From the NCBI GenBank assembly GCA_002104905.1, contig MCFE01000213.1, positions 63,206 to 127,205 on the forward strand: a stretch of 64,000 nucleotides of DNA, given 5' to 3'. The position numbers and the translations under genes were made by a program. Position 1 is the stretch's first letter; the number at the start of each line of letters is the position of its first letter. Positions 8,207-20,920 of the stretch are shown here, piece after piece. The notes beneath the pieces are model-generated. The model was given only the letters and a program-made list of their open reading frames with translations, had not been told where the DNA came from and searched no databases. The stretch comes from Basidiobolus meristosporus CBS 931.73 (lineage: Eukaryota; Fungi; Basidiobolomycota).

Positions 8207-11200
8207 CCACCCATGAAAATCCAGCATATCCAAGAATCTTCCTTTGCCACAAAATCTATCCAGTCCTTGAGAATGCCTGTCAAAATCCAGATCCCTGACT
8301 CTGGTCCTGTCCCAGCCCTAGCTCTGATTGATTCCGGTGCTTCATCCTGTTTCATTGACCAAGCCTTTGTCCAGAAGCACTCTATTCCTGTTACCTTGAA
8401 ATCCTGTCCAGTCCAAGTAGAAGTTATTGATGGAAGATCACTCTCCTCTGGTGCCGTTACCCATGAAACATGCTTACTCCAGCTGTCCAGTACTGCCCAC
8501 CAAGAAAGAATTGCCTTCAACATCATCAACTCACCACACTATCCTATTGTGCTTGGAAGCTCATGGTTGAGCTACCACAATCCGAGTATTGATTGGAAAT
8601 CCAAGATCCCGTCATTCACCAGATCCCACCAAGTCAACTCCATGAAATCTCCAGACCCTGATAACCGTGAAAAGACGGTTGCCAACAGTTCAACAGCCCA
8701 AGATACCTTGCCAGCTGAAGGAGCCCCCTCAGCAACTATACCAGCCAAGTACCAAGAGTTTGCCCATGTCTTTGACAAGAAGAAAGCAGAACTCCTCCCT
8801 GACCATTGGCCTTATGACTGCCCTATTGACCTTGAAGATGGAAAAGTCCCTCCATTTGGCCCAATATATAACCTCTCCCAGCCGGAGTTGAAAGAACTCC
8901 ATGGTTATATTGAAGAAAACCTCCAGAAGGGTTTTATTCAGCACTCCAAATCACCTGCTGGAGCCCCAATCCTCTTTGTCAAGAAGAAGGATGGCACCCT
9001 CAGAATGTGTGTGGACTACCGTGCTTTGAATAAGATCACAGTCAAGAACCGCTACCCCCTGCCCCTGATCAACACACTGTTGGATCAGCTATCTGCTGCC
9101 CAAGTCTTCACCAAGATAGACTTGAGAGGAGCTTACAATCTTGTCAGAATCAAGCCTGGTGATGAATGGAAAACTGCCTTTTGCACAAGATATGGTCACT
9201 TTGAGTACAAAGTAATGCCATTTGGCCTAACCAATGCCCCTGCTGTGTTTCAACACCTCATGAATGATATATTCCGTGAATACCTTGACCAGTTTGTGGT
9301 AATCTACCTTGATGATATTCTCATATACTCCAAGAGCCAAGATGAACATGATGAACATGTCAAGAAAGTATTGAGAAAACTAGACTCTGCCGGTCTCTAT
9401 GCCAAGTTAGAGAAGTGTGAATTTGACCAGAGAGAAGTGGAATTCCTTGGTTATCTCATCAGCCCTGAGGGAACAAGAATGGACCCAAAGAAAGTTGACT
9501 CAGTCCAATCCTGGAAAACTCCAAGCTCAGTCAAGGAAGTACAATCCTTCCTGGGATTTGCCAACTTCTATCGCAGGTTCATAGCCAACTACTCCAAGAT
9601 AGTCACCCCTCTGACAAAGCTTACCCAGAAGAACACACCTTTTGCCTGGAATGAGGAGCAATCCAGCTCATTCAACCAACTCAAGAAATCTTTCCTGAAG
9701 GCCCCCCTGCTTGCCCACCCTGACCTTGAGAAGCAATTCATAGTGGAGACTGATGCTTCGGATTTTGCCCTTGGTGCCATACTCTCCCAGTATGATGAGG
9801 ACAATGTGTTGCACCCCATTGCATTCTACTCTCGGAAGTTTTCCCCTGCAGAGATCAACTATGATATCTATGATAAGGAGTTGCTTGCCATCATTGTAGC
9901 CTTTGAGCAATGGAGACACTACCTGGACGGTGCAAAACACAAAATCAAAGTCTTCTGTGACCATAAGAACCTTGAGTACTTTGCAACTTCCAAAGTACTA
10001 AACCGGAGACAAGCCAGATGGTCACTCTTCCTGTCCAGCTTTGACTTTACTATCACCTATAGACCTGGTGCAAAGCAAGGAAAGCCTGATGCCCTGTCCA
10101 GAAAAAAGGAATATGCCCTGGAAGAGGGAGATGATGCCTGTCGGCAAATGGAACACCCATTGCTGAGCAAGAAACATTTTGAGATTCTTGCCACCCAGTC
10201 CTCAAGTCTTGTCATCCCTTCATTCCTAGTAAGGATATCAGAATCCCAAGCCTCTGATATGACTTCCAGCACCATCAAGAAATATCTGGAATCCCCAGTT
10301 GGGCCCCCTCCCAAGTTCCCAAACATCCAGAACCTGCATTTGGTAAACAACCTCATCTACCACAAGCAGCAGCTTTATGTCCCAGACCTTGCCACCCAGC
10401 TAGACATCATTAAGTCTCGGCATGATTCAATGGCTGCAGGCCACTTTGGTACTGCCAAAACCTTGAATGCTATCAAAAGAGATTTCTGGTGGCCTAGAAT
10501 GATAACTCTTATCAAAGAGTACATTCTGACTTGTGATATTTGCAACCGTGCAAAACCAGCCAGACACCAGCCCTATGGACTTCTTCAACCCCTGCCTATC
10601 CCAGAACACCAATGGAGATCTATATCTATGGACTTCATTACTGACCTCCCTGAGTCATGTGGCTTCAATGCTATACTTGTAGTGGCTGACCGGCTGACCA
10701 AGATGGCTCACTTTATCCCTTGCTGTAAGAACACTGATGCAAAAGAAACTGCTGCTTTAGTCCTGAAGAATATTTTCCGCCTTCATGGTATCCCCAGTGA
10801 TATTGTGTCAGATAGAGGCCCACAGTTTGTGTCCAAGTTTTGGAAACACTTCATGCAATACCTTGGTGTTCAAGTCAAGCTCTCTACTGCCTTCCATCCA
10901 CAGTCTGATGGCCAGACTGAAAGAATCAACCAGATTCTAGAGCAATACCTCCGGTGCTATATCAATTATCAGCAAGACAATTGGGTTGATCTACTCCCCA
11001 TTGCTGAGTTTGCCTACAACAACTCAAGCCATAGTGCAACCGGTTTTACACCATTCTATGCAAACTATGGATTCCACCCTCAGTTTGATATCCAGATTCC
11101 AACAAACCCAATGAGCCCACATGCAGCTGAACATGCCCAAGCAATCCAGGACATCCAGAACACCCTCAAGGAAGAGCTATCCTTAGCTCAGGAAAGCTAC

Positions 11201-11710
11201 AAGAAATTTGCCAATCTAAAACGGCATCCCAGCCCTGATCTTAATGAAGGAGATTCTGTATGGTTGCTCAGAAGAAACATCAGCACCAACCGCCCTTGTG
11301 ACAAGTTGGATTTCAAGAAACTTGGTCCCTTCAAGATCAAGAAGAAGCTTAGCCCTATAGTATATCAGCTACAGTTACCAGCAAGTATGAAAATCCATGA
11401 TACTTTCCATGTGTCCCTCCTGGAGCCGTATTGTAGGAACACATTGCCAAACCGGCAAGAAGCAAAGCCCCAAGCTATCCAGATTGACCAACATCAAGAA
11501 TTTGAAGTTAAACAGATTCTAGACTCCAAGTATATCCGGTCAAAGCTGTACTACTTAGTAGACTGGATTGGTTATGGCCCAAGTGACCAAACATGGGAAC
11601 CAGCTACACATCTCACTAATTGTCAAGAACTAGTTACCCAGTTCCACCAACAATATCCTGCAAAACCTGCCCCAAAGGGAAACAGAGCTCCGCCTGGAAG
11701 AGGAGAATAG
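8162..11710 (+). CDS. pol: Chromovirus Pol: protease, RT, RNase H, integrase, chromodomain
   Basis: LIDSGAS, YLDD, RNase H (ETDASD..DKELLA..DHKNL), HHCC plus DDE integrase, GPF motif and chromodomain [25 protein letters not shown]. No internal stops. Confidence 0.97.
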   Translation, partial: GKLQCPVALTGLQLDPPMKIQHIQESSFATKSIQSLRMPVKIQIPDSGPVPALALIDSGASSCFIDQAFVQKHSIPVTLKSCPVQVEVIDGRSLSSGAVTHETCLLQLSSTAHQERIAFNIINSPHYPIVLGSSWLSYHNPSIDWKSKIPSFTRSHQVNSMKSPDPDNREKTVANSSTAQDTLPAEGAPSATIPAKYQEFAHVFDKKKAELLPDHWPYDCPIDLEDGKVPPFGPIYNLSQPELKELHGYIEENLQKGFIQHSKSPAGAPILFVKKKDGTLRMCVDYRALNKITVKNRYPLPLINTLLDQLSAAQVFTKIDLRGAYNLVRIKPGDEWKTAFCTRYGHFEYKVMPFGLTNAPAVFQHLMNDIFREYLDQFVVIYLDDILIYSKSQDEHDEHVKKVLRKLDSAGLYAKLEKCEFDQREVEFLGYLISPEGTRMDPKKVDSVQSWKTPSSVKEVQSFLGFANFYRRFIANYSKIVTPLTKLTQKNTPFAWNEEQSSSFNQLKKSFLKAPLLAHPDLEKQFIVETDASDFALGAILSQYDEDNVLHPIAFYSRKFSPAEINYDIYDKELLAIIVAFEQWRHYLDGAKHKIKVFCDHKNLEYFATSKVLNRRQARWSLFLSSFDFTITYRPGAKQGKPDALSRKKEYALEEGDDACRQMEHPLLSKKHFEILATQSSSLVIPSFLVRISESQASDMTSSTIKKYLESPVGPPPKFPNIQNLHLVNNLIYHKQQLYVPDLATQLDIIKSRHDSMAAGHFGTAKTLNAIKRDFWWPRMITLIKEYILTCDICNRAKPARHQPYGLLQPLPIPEHQWRSISMDFITDLPESCGFNAILVVADRLTKMAHFIPCCKNTDAKETAALVLKNIFRLHGIPSDIVSDRGPQFVSKFWKHFMQYLGVQVKLSTAFHPQSDGQTERINQILEQYLRCYINYQQDNWVDLLPIAEFAYNNSSHSATGFTPFYANYGFHPQFDIQIPTNPMSPHAAEHAQAIQDIQNTLKEELSLAQESYKKFANLKRHPSPDLNEGDSVWLLRRNISTNRPCDKLDFKKLGPFKIKKKLSPIVYQLQLPASMKIHDTFHVSLLEPYCRNTLPNRQEAKPQAIQIDQHQEFEVKQILDSKYIRSKLYYLVDWIGYGPSDQTWEPATHLTNCQELVTQFHQQYPAKPAPKGNRAPPGRGE
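11696..11710 (+). promoter_or_regulatory. Polypurine tract
   Basis: GGAAGAGGAGAATAG abuts the 3' LTR and also encodes the last pol codons and the stop. Confidence 0.85.
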
Positions 11711-12239
11711 TGTCATGATCACATGACAACCATGAACACCCATGCCAAGTTTCAGCTTCCCAGCTCAATTTCTAAGAGATTCCTTCCGGAACCTTCTACC
11801 ACCTTCCAGAAAGTTCCTGACCATTCCAAACCATTGTTACACAATGGAACATTCCATGGAAGCTTTCCATTGTATTTTTTATAGTCCAGTACCATATATG
11901 GAAATACCAGGTCACATGACTTAGTCACATGATCAGGTGACCCAATCCATTTCCCCATCCTGTCTCAGTACCGTGTCATCTATGTCATTATCCCCAGCAC
12001 CATTGCTGTGTCTCACCCCACAACCCCATTAGTATTAGCTAACATCTCTCGGCATCAATATAGCCAAAAAGTATATATAGTCCTATCCCCCCTTAAGTAT
12101 TCCTCAGTCTGATAAACACAGGTCTTGAATAAACAGCCTTGCCTTGGAAATCTGTCTTGCCTTGTTGATCCACACCTAAGTCCTTTCCTTGTCCTGCCTT
12201 GCCTTGCTCTACTCTCCTGCCTTGTGTCTATTCATAACA
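11711..12239 (+). repeat. Chromovirus 3' LTR
   Basis: Direct repeat of 6322-6850. Confidence 0.97.
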
Positions 12240-12487
12240 CCAAGTTCCTTGTTGGGATTTACTTAGAATATTTACCCAGAACATGAAAATCAGATACCCT
12301 GTCCAAACAGCCCCAAACTTTGCACACATGTTCTTGGGATCTCCCTTAACCAATTCTATGTGTTTGTTGTGCCATGACCATGTAGAAGTATAATTGCTAC
12401 TTTTACATTCAATAAATCATTAAGTGAAAACCACACAGTCTACTTGTCCTCCCAAGCACTTCCAATATCTCCAAGACTCTTACAACA

Positions 12488-15403
12488 CATTATGAGCCCC
12501 AAGCTGTCACTCTCTGCAATATCTACTAATGCTATTACTGGAATTTGCCCCTCAGCTGAAAAATTGGATGGATCTAACTACCAAGTGTGGAAGGTGAAGA
12601 TGAATATACTGCTACAAGAAAGAGGCCTTTGGGATATTGTTATGGGAGAAGAATGCCCTCCTCAAAATGTGAGAGAGGAAGCCTTAAAGTACCAGAAGAA
12701 AGAACATAGTGCCTTTAATTGCATTTGCCTTAATGTTGAAGACAAATTGCTAATTCAATGCTTAAGAGCAAAACAGCAATGAATGCCTGGAAGACATTAG
12801 AAGAAATCTACCAGTCATGTTCAGCTGCTAAGAAAATGTATCTTTGACAAAAATTCTTTCCTACAAAGATGCTGTCAGGAGAAGAAATGAAAAATTCAAT
12901 TAGCAGAATACCCTGCTGGCTGATGAGATGGATTCCATGGGTGTACCAACTACTGATCAGGATGTGATAGCAACCATCCTGAATAGCCTGACAGACTGGC
13001 TTCAGGGCCTTGTATCAGTCCTGGAGTCCAGAACTGAAGACTTGACCATAAACTATGTATATGGAAGGCACCAGGATGTGTCCCAAAAAGAGAGATAACC
13101 AGCAAAAGAGGCCTGAATATGGAAATGCTGCAACAACTGAAGATAGGCTATTCATATCTGCACTAAATAGGACCACAAACAAGGATTCTCAGATGCTTTA
13201 TACTGACTCTGGAGCATCTCAACACTTTACACACCAAAAAGAACTTTGTACCCAATATCAAGAAATTCCAATTATGAAGGTTTCCATGGGTGACAACAGA
13301 ACACTTGATGCAGTGGGAGAAGGAACTATCCAAGTAAACCTTAGAAGCAGTGAAGGAAGCCATACACTGACCTATAAAGAAGTACTCTATGTACCAGAAA
13401 TAGCCAAGAACCTACTATCTGTAAGCATGGTTACAGCAGAAGGACTCAGTTTCAGCTTTGACAATTCTGGATGCAGGATCACTGATCAAAATGGTGCTCA
13501 TATGGCTTTGAGTATCAGAGATCAGAATCTGTATAAGTTAGCTTATATTCTATTATATCTGGAAGCCAATATAAGTAACTTTAATGAAGAAACACCATTT
13601 CTTTGGCACAGGAGATTTGGACATATCAATTTTGATTATTTGCGCAAAATGATCAAAGATCAGCTAATTTCCAGAGTAAAAACTGATCCCCCAGCTAATT
13701 TGGTCCACTGCAAAGCCTGCATATATGGGAAACAAGCCAGACAACCAATAGAAAGCTCTTGGTTAATCATAATTAAGAAAAACTTGATCTAATTCACTCA
13801 GATCTGTGTGGACCTATGCAAAATTTATCCTCAGGTAGGATGAAATATTTAATCACTTTTGTTGATGATTATACAAGTTACAGGTAGGTCTACTTCATGG
13901 AGAGAAAGGAAGAAGCTCTGTCTAAGTTCAGGGAGTTTAAAACCATGGTGGAGAGAGAAACTGGTGAAAAAATCAAGAAAATATGCTCTGAGAATAGTGG
14001 AGAACATACCTCAAGACTCTTCATCCACTTCTGCAAAGTTCATGGGATAAAACAAGAGTCTACTGTACCATACTCCCCACAGCAAAATGGAGTAGCAGAA
14101 TGTGCAAACAGATCAATAACTTATATGGCAAGATCTATGATCCAGGATGTAAAATTTTCCTGTGACTTTTGGGTGGAATTAGTAGCCACAGCTGTATACC
14201 TTAAGAATAGGAGTTATAACAGAATACTTTGTGATTCTGCTCCATTTGAAGCATGGTATGAATACAGACTAAGAGCGGAACATTTAAGAATACCAGGGTG
14301 TACAGCATATGCCAAGACACTGCCTGGAAATCAGTCAAAAATTGAGCCAAAAAATATAAAATGCATATTTTTGGTCTACTGTAATGAGAGTTAAGCATAC
14401 AGACTCTACAATACCAAAGCAAAGAAGCTGATCAAGTCCAGGGATGTGTTGTTTAATGAAAACTCAAAATTTTCACAAAATAGGATATGAGATGATGACC
14501 AATATTTGATCTCAAGTCCACTAATAGTCAGCATTGAATCAGAGCAAAACAATGAAAGCTTTTCACTCCAGAGGACTCTACAACCATGGTTCAGCTTGAA
14601 TCAGTGGCCAGAAATATCTCAGGAGTGATCATTCCAGTACCAAATGCGCAGAGATCCAACTGAACAAGAAATAGCCCAAATTACTATATCAAGAAGGGTA
14701 CAAACTTAGCACCTATTCAGTCCATATTGGTGAGCCCCAGACTGTAAGAGAGGCCCTAAATAGCTCTCAGACAAAGTTTTGGAGATCTGCAATGACTGAG
14801 GAATATCAGGTCCTAATGGAAAATCAAACTTGGGACTTGGTCAAATTACCAATCAACCAAAAATCAATTGGATGCAGATGGGTCTTCAAGACAAAATACA
14901 AGGCTGATGGTGCAATTGAAAGATTCAAAGCAAGACTTGTGGCCAAAGGATACTCTCAAACAAAAGGACTTGACTGTACTGAGACCTTTGCACCAGCAGC
15001 CAAGTTTAACTCCGTCAGATTGATATTGGCTATTGCAGCCAAATATAGATTTTATACATCAAATGGATGTAAAAGCTGCATTTTTGAATAGAGATCATGA
15101 TGGGGACATGTATATGGACCAGCCTGATGGGTTTACTGACCAATATAACCCCCATTTGGTCTGCAAGCTCAAAAAATCTCTATTTGGCCTCAAACAATCA
15201 CCAAGAGCCTGGATTGCAAGATAGAATCTTATTTGGAATCTTTGAGTTTCATAAGAGGTAATGCTGACTATAGTTTATACTATAAGCCCAATAGAGCAAA
15301 TCCAGTTCTACTAGCTCTATATGTGGATAATCTTATTATAGCTGCCAAGAACCTAGCAATATTGGAAGAGACTAAATCCAGCCTATCTAAGGAGTTCAAG
15401 ATG
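12488..15403 (+). pseudogene. Copia A1 gag-PR-INT-RT remnant
   Basis: ORF fragments 12444-12782, 13055-13792, 13897-14394, 14792-15460 carry Copia motifs ([32 protein letters not shown]). Confidence 0.9.
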
Positions 15404-15420
15404 TGTGGTAGTGGAAAGTA

Positions 15421-18400
15421 TGTTGTAATTATTAAGTTGTCACCAAAATATTCATGCTAAATTAATCACATAGATCTTATTCTTTGATTAGCATTCTGTC
15501 CTGACCAAATTTCTTGTTGGGATTTACTTAGAATATCTTCACCAAATTGTCAGGTACCCAGATTATTATTTTTCTCAAAGTTTTCCAAAAGACCCCAAAC
15601 TTTGCACACATATTCTTGGGACCTTCCTTAGCAAACTCTACACATTTGTTTGCTCTACTTTATCAAAAGTATAAATACCATACTTTTGATCAATAAATCT
15701 ACAAGTGAATAACATGTAATTCCTCTAGTCCTCCACATCACTTCCAGTACTCCTCAGAATATTGCAACAGGTTATGAGCCCCAAGCTTGCTGTCCTCTTG
15801 GTGTCTACTTTGCCTTGGATCCTTTTCTGCTAGTCTGGAGAAAGACTTTCCGCACTATTGCCCTGCCAAAGTTAAAGATGACTACCGCTGCTACAAGGAC
15901 TATGTTCATGAGGATATTGCTGTGGAGAAGAAGGCCATGCCTTCAAAAGACTCATTCAGTTACTACTCAAGCTGGTTATGAAGGAGAGCCTATCAAGTTG
16001 ACATGTAAATATGTCAAGAAATATAGTATGTTGGTGCTCTACCACTACTGAAGAAAATTGCATAATTCCAGCAATTGAGGGTCCAGACCTATAATGAAGT
16101 ATATTGCTATATGTATTTATATGACCTCAATTGACTGTTAGACAAGCTTTTGGATAGGATATTATCCTGAATTGCAAAAAAAAATAGATCATCATTGAAT
16201 GATTGCCGGAGGAAGATTTTACCAAATCTGTTGCCACTCAAGATAAGGCTGCAAATACAAATACTGGAGCTGTTAACCACCATTCTGGATTACCTATTAA
16301 TGGAACAAGATCTCAGAAACAAGCTCCCTAAATTGTAAGGATCCCAATGATATATAATACCTATATATCCCCCTGGAGTATGGATATGTACTACACAATC
16401 CATTGGAAGAATGCTATATTTGTATTAAGTGTATTGATACTGCAACTAATGTATCAGGAGCCTAATATGGAGCTGTTAGTCATGCTATCACTCTGTTTTA
16501 GTCTCAATACAGTGTTTTATCAAGTGTTTTGATACTGAAACCAGTGCACCAGGAGCTAAAAATGGAGCTGTTAGACATGCTATCACTCTGGTTAAGTCTC
16601 AAAACTGGGAGAAAGTATTATACAAATTTAGCAAAATCAACTCAATATGATTCTACCACCAGCCAAAAAGAGTGAAGCATATAATTGCAAGCCTGATTGG
16701 AGTATTCAACCAAGCAACAGTTGGTCAGTACACAGCTAAGAGCCACTCAGAAGATAACATAGTACTTTATACTTGTTATATATATATCACTTATTACAGT
16801 GGGAGAAAACACTTGGTGATATTTAACTTCTCTGGATCAGATCAGAAGAATTTTGATTGATCAAATCACCGCCAAGCTCCGCAACTCAAGATATTGATAT
16901 ATTGGAGTCTGATACCAAAGTATTGATGAAGCTAGCTATCAAATGCAGTTTATTTGATCAAATTTGGTCAACTCTATCAAAAGTTATGACTGATCTAAGT
17001 GGATGCCGATTTTGATTATTTCACTCTCAAATAGTCAGATATTCTGGAACAATGATGTCATGGAGACTCTTGTGCTCAACAACACCATGGTACCACCTGC
17101 AAGGAAGTCCAGAACCACCCCACAAAAGGAATTATCCCTGGGTCATCAGAAGAAAAAAGAAAAGAAGAAAAAATGGAAAATACTACTACCGCAAACTAGG
17201 GTACTTCCCAAATGGAGCCAAAACTTATGTAGGCCACATTTGGACTGTCTGGCAATGCAGATATGCTCTATGGAGCCTCTTGTACAAAGCTCTCAAGCCA
17301 GAATCCCCAGAAGCGCCCTGAAACTTCAACAGGATCTGTCAGATATTGTAGTATATATTGGAACAGATTATTTAATGCAGAAGTCTTGATGTCTACTGTC
17401 TATGGAGCTGAAAGAAAGAGGTGCAAGGATCAACCAAGATGGTTTTATGGATTCTGCAGACACTGAGAAGATCAGTTAGCCTTTCAAACCAAGCTCAAGG
17501 TTGAAAACAACTATCAGGAAAATAAGGTTGATCAAAGCCCTTGTTAAGGAGAATCTCACTTCTTAAAAGCGCCAATCTCAATTCTACAAGTATATCCTGA
17601 TAAGACAAAAGCAGCTGTATCAATCCAAATCAGTAGAAGCACTCTAAGAATAGCCACCAAACACCTATGGTGTTGTCCAGCACCAAACTGGGTAAATCAA
17701 GAAGCAAATGGACTTTGAATCTACCGCATATGAAGTAATCAGTCCAAAGAAAGTTATTGCCACTTAAAGAAGACAAAGATGACCATTCTAGATCATTTTT
17801 TGTGGATCCAAATCACTAAACAGACGTGGTTCAAGTGGGAGCAGGCCATCCCAGCTCAGAGTTGAGCAAAAACTTTTTTTTTGGCCATGTTTGTATGTGC
17901 TGCTTGCCAGGAAATGAGGATTATCCGGATCAGGTGTAAATGACAAAACCTTAACTTGGCCCAATATAGGTCATTTCTTTTACCTCATATAGAGTCTATA
18001 TGATGGAAGTAACTGTTCCCAAGCCAAATATGGACATACAGCAAAGTTGTCTAAGTGAATTAGACTTTTGGCTGGAAATAAGGAAACTCCAGATCTGCCG
18101 TAAATGACAAAACCTTAACTTGACCAAAAGTGGGTCAATTTTGCTCAAATAAGAAGCATTGGATAGCCCAGAGGCTATATACCATTATTCTGATCTGTCA
18201 ATTAGACTCAGCTTATTATTCAAGCCTGTACAACTGATCAAAGTTGATGATCAGTATTATGATCAGATCATGCAGATTTTTTTTAGGCATACTACCAAGT
18301 AGATATGCACATTAAGTTTCAAGTTACTTGTTCAATTAAGATGAACCCAAATGCACACACTTTTGGGTAATATATTAGTCCAGTATGCAACACAGTTAAA

Positions 18401-18822
18401 ATCTTATATGCTATTACAAATTGCACACTCTCAATATGTATTTATTACTCATGAATATTTTGTTGAGTGGGAGTGTTGTAATTATTAAGTTGTCACCAAA
18501 ATATTCATGCTAAATTAGTCACATAGATCTTATTCTTTGATTAGCATTCTGTCCTGACCAAACTTCTTGTTGGGATTTACTTGGAATATTTTCACCAAGT
18601 TGTCAGGTACCCAGATTATTATTTTTCTCAAAGTTGTCCAAAAGACCCCAAACTTTGCACACATACTCTTGGGACCTTCCTTAACAGACTCTACACATTT
18701 GTTTACTCTACTTTATCAAAAGTATAAATACCATACTTTTGATCAATAAATCTACAAGTGAATAACAAGTAAATCCTCCAGTTCTCCACATCACTTCCAA
18801 TACTCCTCAGAGTATTGCAACA
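15421..18822 (+). mobile_element. Non-autonomous Copia-type LTR element B1 (349-bp LTRs 15421-15769 and 18474-18822)
   Basis: TSD AAGTA (15416-15420, 18823-18827), PBS GGTTATGAGCCC at 15770-15781, PPT GAGTGGGAG at 18465-18473. LTR is homologous to Copia A LTRs. No gag/pol similarity seen in the 2.7-kb interior. Confidence 0.88.
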
Positions 18823-19489
18823 AAGTATTCCATTACTAAAATATCTCTAAACCAATATTGCAATCATTTCTATATTTTGGTTTTTGCCATTGTAACACAC
18901 AAGTGAAGGCTCAAGAATTTCCAACTTTGAAGGACAAATGCTCTAGACCCTGACAAGCAATCCACCTAAGAATATTATGTCATACAGAACACGTAGTAGC
19001 CAACACATCTTTCAAGTTACAGCTCATTTGAAGCCGTACTTAAGGAATTATGACCAAAAGAGTCCAATTATTATGTATACCATGCCTTATTGCTAGGATT
19101 ACTATGGTGACTTTGCTCATGTGTAGCTTTCATACCAGCCAATCAAATCACATGAAATTTTCACAGGTGCTGTGCCTATGTCCAATCTGCACCACTGCAA
19201 AATTTTAGCTTTGTATCATGTGTATTGCTTGCGCAATTGCCCAAAAACTTTGATCCTTCAGAATTTCATATATATGACTTTCCCAGCTGTAAAAATAAAG
19301 AGAGAGCCACTCTTTCCAGAATCTCCACACAACAATTAGAAGTTTAAAGGTTATAAGACCTCCCTGCATCACTTGCACTGTTGAGTATTCTGACTTTGAT
19401 TGGTACTACATCAGTAAAGAGACTGCAAAGCTCACAAGAATGCAATCCAAGTTCTACAAGAAACTACCACTTTTCTGTTAGAAAAGTCC

Positions 19490-19708
19490 CCTTAAGAAAC
19501 CCCTTGACTCTAAAGACACCCCTTTTGAAACCCCTTTAGTTCAAAGACCCTCTCAGAGATCCCTTTAAGAAAAACCTTTACTCTAAAGAAGCCCCTTTAG
19601 GCACCCCTTTAGTGTAAAGTCCACTTTAGAGACCACTACAAGAAGCCCCTTTACTTTAAGGACACCACTTTAGAGACTTCTACAACACACCCCTTTAGGT
19701 TAAAGGGG
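19490..19708. repeat. Degenerate 73-bp-period array of CTTTA-NNN-TAAAG palindromes in LTR D
   Basis: Units at 19503, 19576, 19649 and at 19534, 19607; terminal hairpin CCCCTTTAGGTTAAAGGGG at 19690-19708. Confidence 0.8.
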
Positions 19709-20021
19709 AGTTCAGAGTTTCCATATTTGGAAATAATTTCTCAGAAAAGAAAGTGACTTCCAAATAAGGAAAAGCTACTATAAAAGTAAATAAGCCCATT
19801 AGTTGACAGAAGGTCAGAACACTGCTGTAGAAGTGATAAACACTGCCTATAGTATATTTTGAGCCTAAGATTGAGGAAATTAGTGAAAGTTATTTCTTCT
19901 ATTGGTATATCAAACTCCCAATAAACTATTTCAGTATTAGCATACTGAAGGTTGTTGTATATTGTTGATTAGCCTCTACATTGTAGAACAAGCCCCAAAC
20001 TAATCATACTACAACACAACA

Positions 20022-20920
20022 GATGTCCAATCTAGGAGAACTCAGTTACTACTTAAGGACAAAGTGCTCCATAGACAGTAGTACCCAGACTTTCATCCTA
20101 AGCCAATCTAAGTATATTCAAAATATACTAAAATAGTACCAAATGGAAGATGGTAAACCAGTAGCTACCTTAATGGAGACAAACATCAACTTGGTCAAAA
20201 CTCTACCAAATCCAGAGAGCTTGGTGCCATCTAAAAGCCCTGACTTTCCTTATCAAACTATGGTTAGCAGTCTGATATATATCATGCTTGGAACATGCTC
20301 CAATATCTCATATTCAGTGGGAGCTGTCAGCCAGCATAATCAGAACTCTGGATCTGATCATATTACAGCAGTTAAGCAGATTTTTAGATACCTAAAAGGC
20401 ACTGATGATATCTGCTTAAAATACACTTATAAGAGCTTATAACAGGATCTTGTAGAATACTCTGATGCTGAATGTGAACAAAATTTGGAAGACAGAAGAT
20501 CTACTACAGGATACACCTTTCTTTACTGTAAAGAAGCAATTTCATGGAATTCAAGAGAGCAACCATCCATTGCAGTTTCCACAACAGAGGCAGAGTATAT
20601 GGTAGCCAGTGAAGCTGCAAAAGAACCAATATGGCTAAGAAAGCTTTTTACAGATTTAGGTGTATGTAAAAAACGTATGCTACTCTATTTCAAGATAATC
20701 AAGGATGTATACAAATAGGTAGAAGTCCAGCTTTTCATGTTAGAGCTAAGCACAGAGATATTAGACATCATTTCATACATGAAGCTATAGAGGATAACTT
20801 AGTTAGCTTAGCTTACTGTCCTTCAGATGAAATGATTGCAGACATATTTACCAAATCATTAGCTAGAGTCAAGTATGAATATCTTAGGTCAAAATTAGGA
20901 CTAGTCAGTATGAGCATATA
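20022..20920 (+). pseudogene. Copia A1 RT C-terminus and RNase H remnant
   Basis: ..FPYQTMVSSLIY.., DRRSTTGY, WNSREQPSIAVSTTEAEY. Confidence 0.9.

Larger units (their letters stand above)
6322..12239 (+). mobile_element. Full-length intact Ty3/Gypsy chromovirus (Tf1/sushi-like)
   Basis: 529-bp LTRs 6322-6850 and 11711-12239 (one difference noticed). TSD CCAAG at 6317-6321 and 12240-12244. Open gag and pol. Confidence 0.98.
15404..20021 (+). mobile_element. Solo LTR family D (~1.2 kb: 15404-15420 plus 18828-20021), interrupted by element B1
   Basis: TG..CA ends and a 4-bp TSD GATG (15400-15403, 20022-20025) inside the A1 RT. TATAAAA at 19779 and AATAAA at 19920. No ORF. Confidence 0.7.

Noticed and set aside
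8058-10612. Antisense and alternate-frame ORFs over gag-pol
   Set aside because: Shadows of a long coding sequence with no recognisable motifs.
15421-18822. Retrozyme (hammerhead-bearing non-autonomous LTR element)
   Set aside because: I found no CUGANGA/GAAA core with flanking stems in the B LTRs by eye. An Infernal search would be needed to exclude it fully.
19490-19708. CRISPR-like or telomere-like reading of the CCCTTTAG palindromic array
   Set aside because: Eukaryotic LTR context, no unique spacers, no cas genes, and the units are not tandem telomeric repeats.
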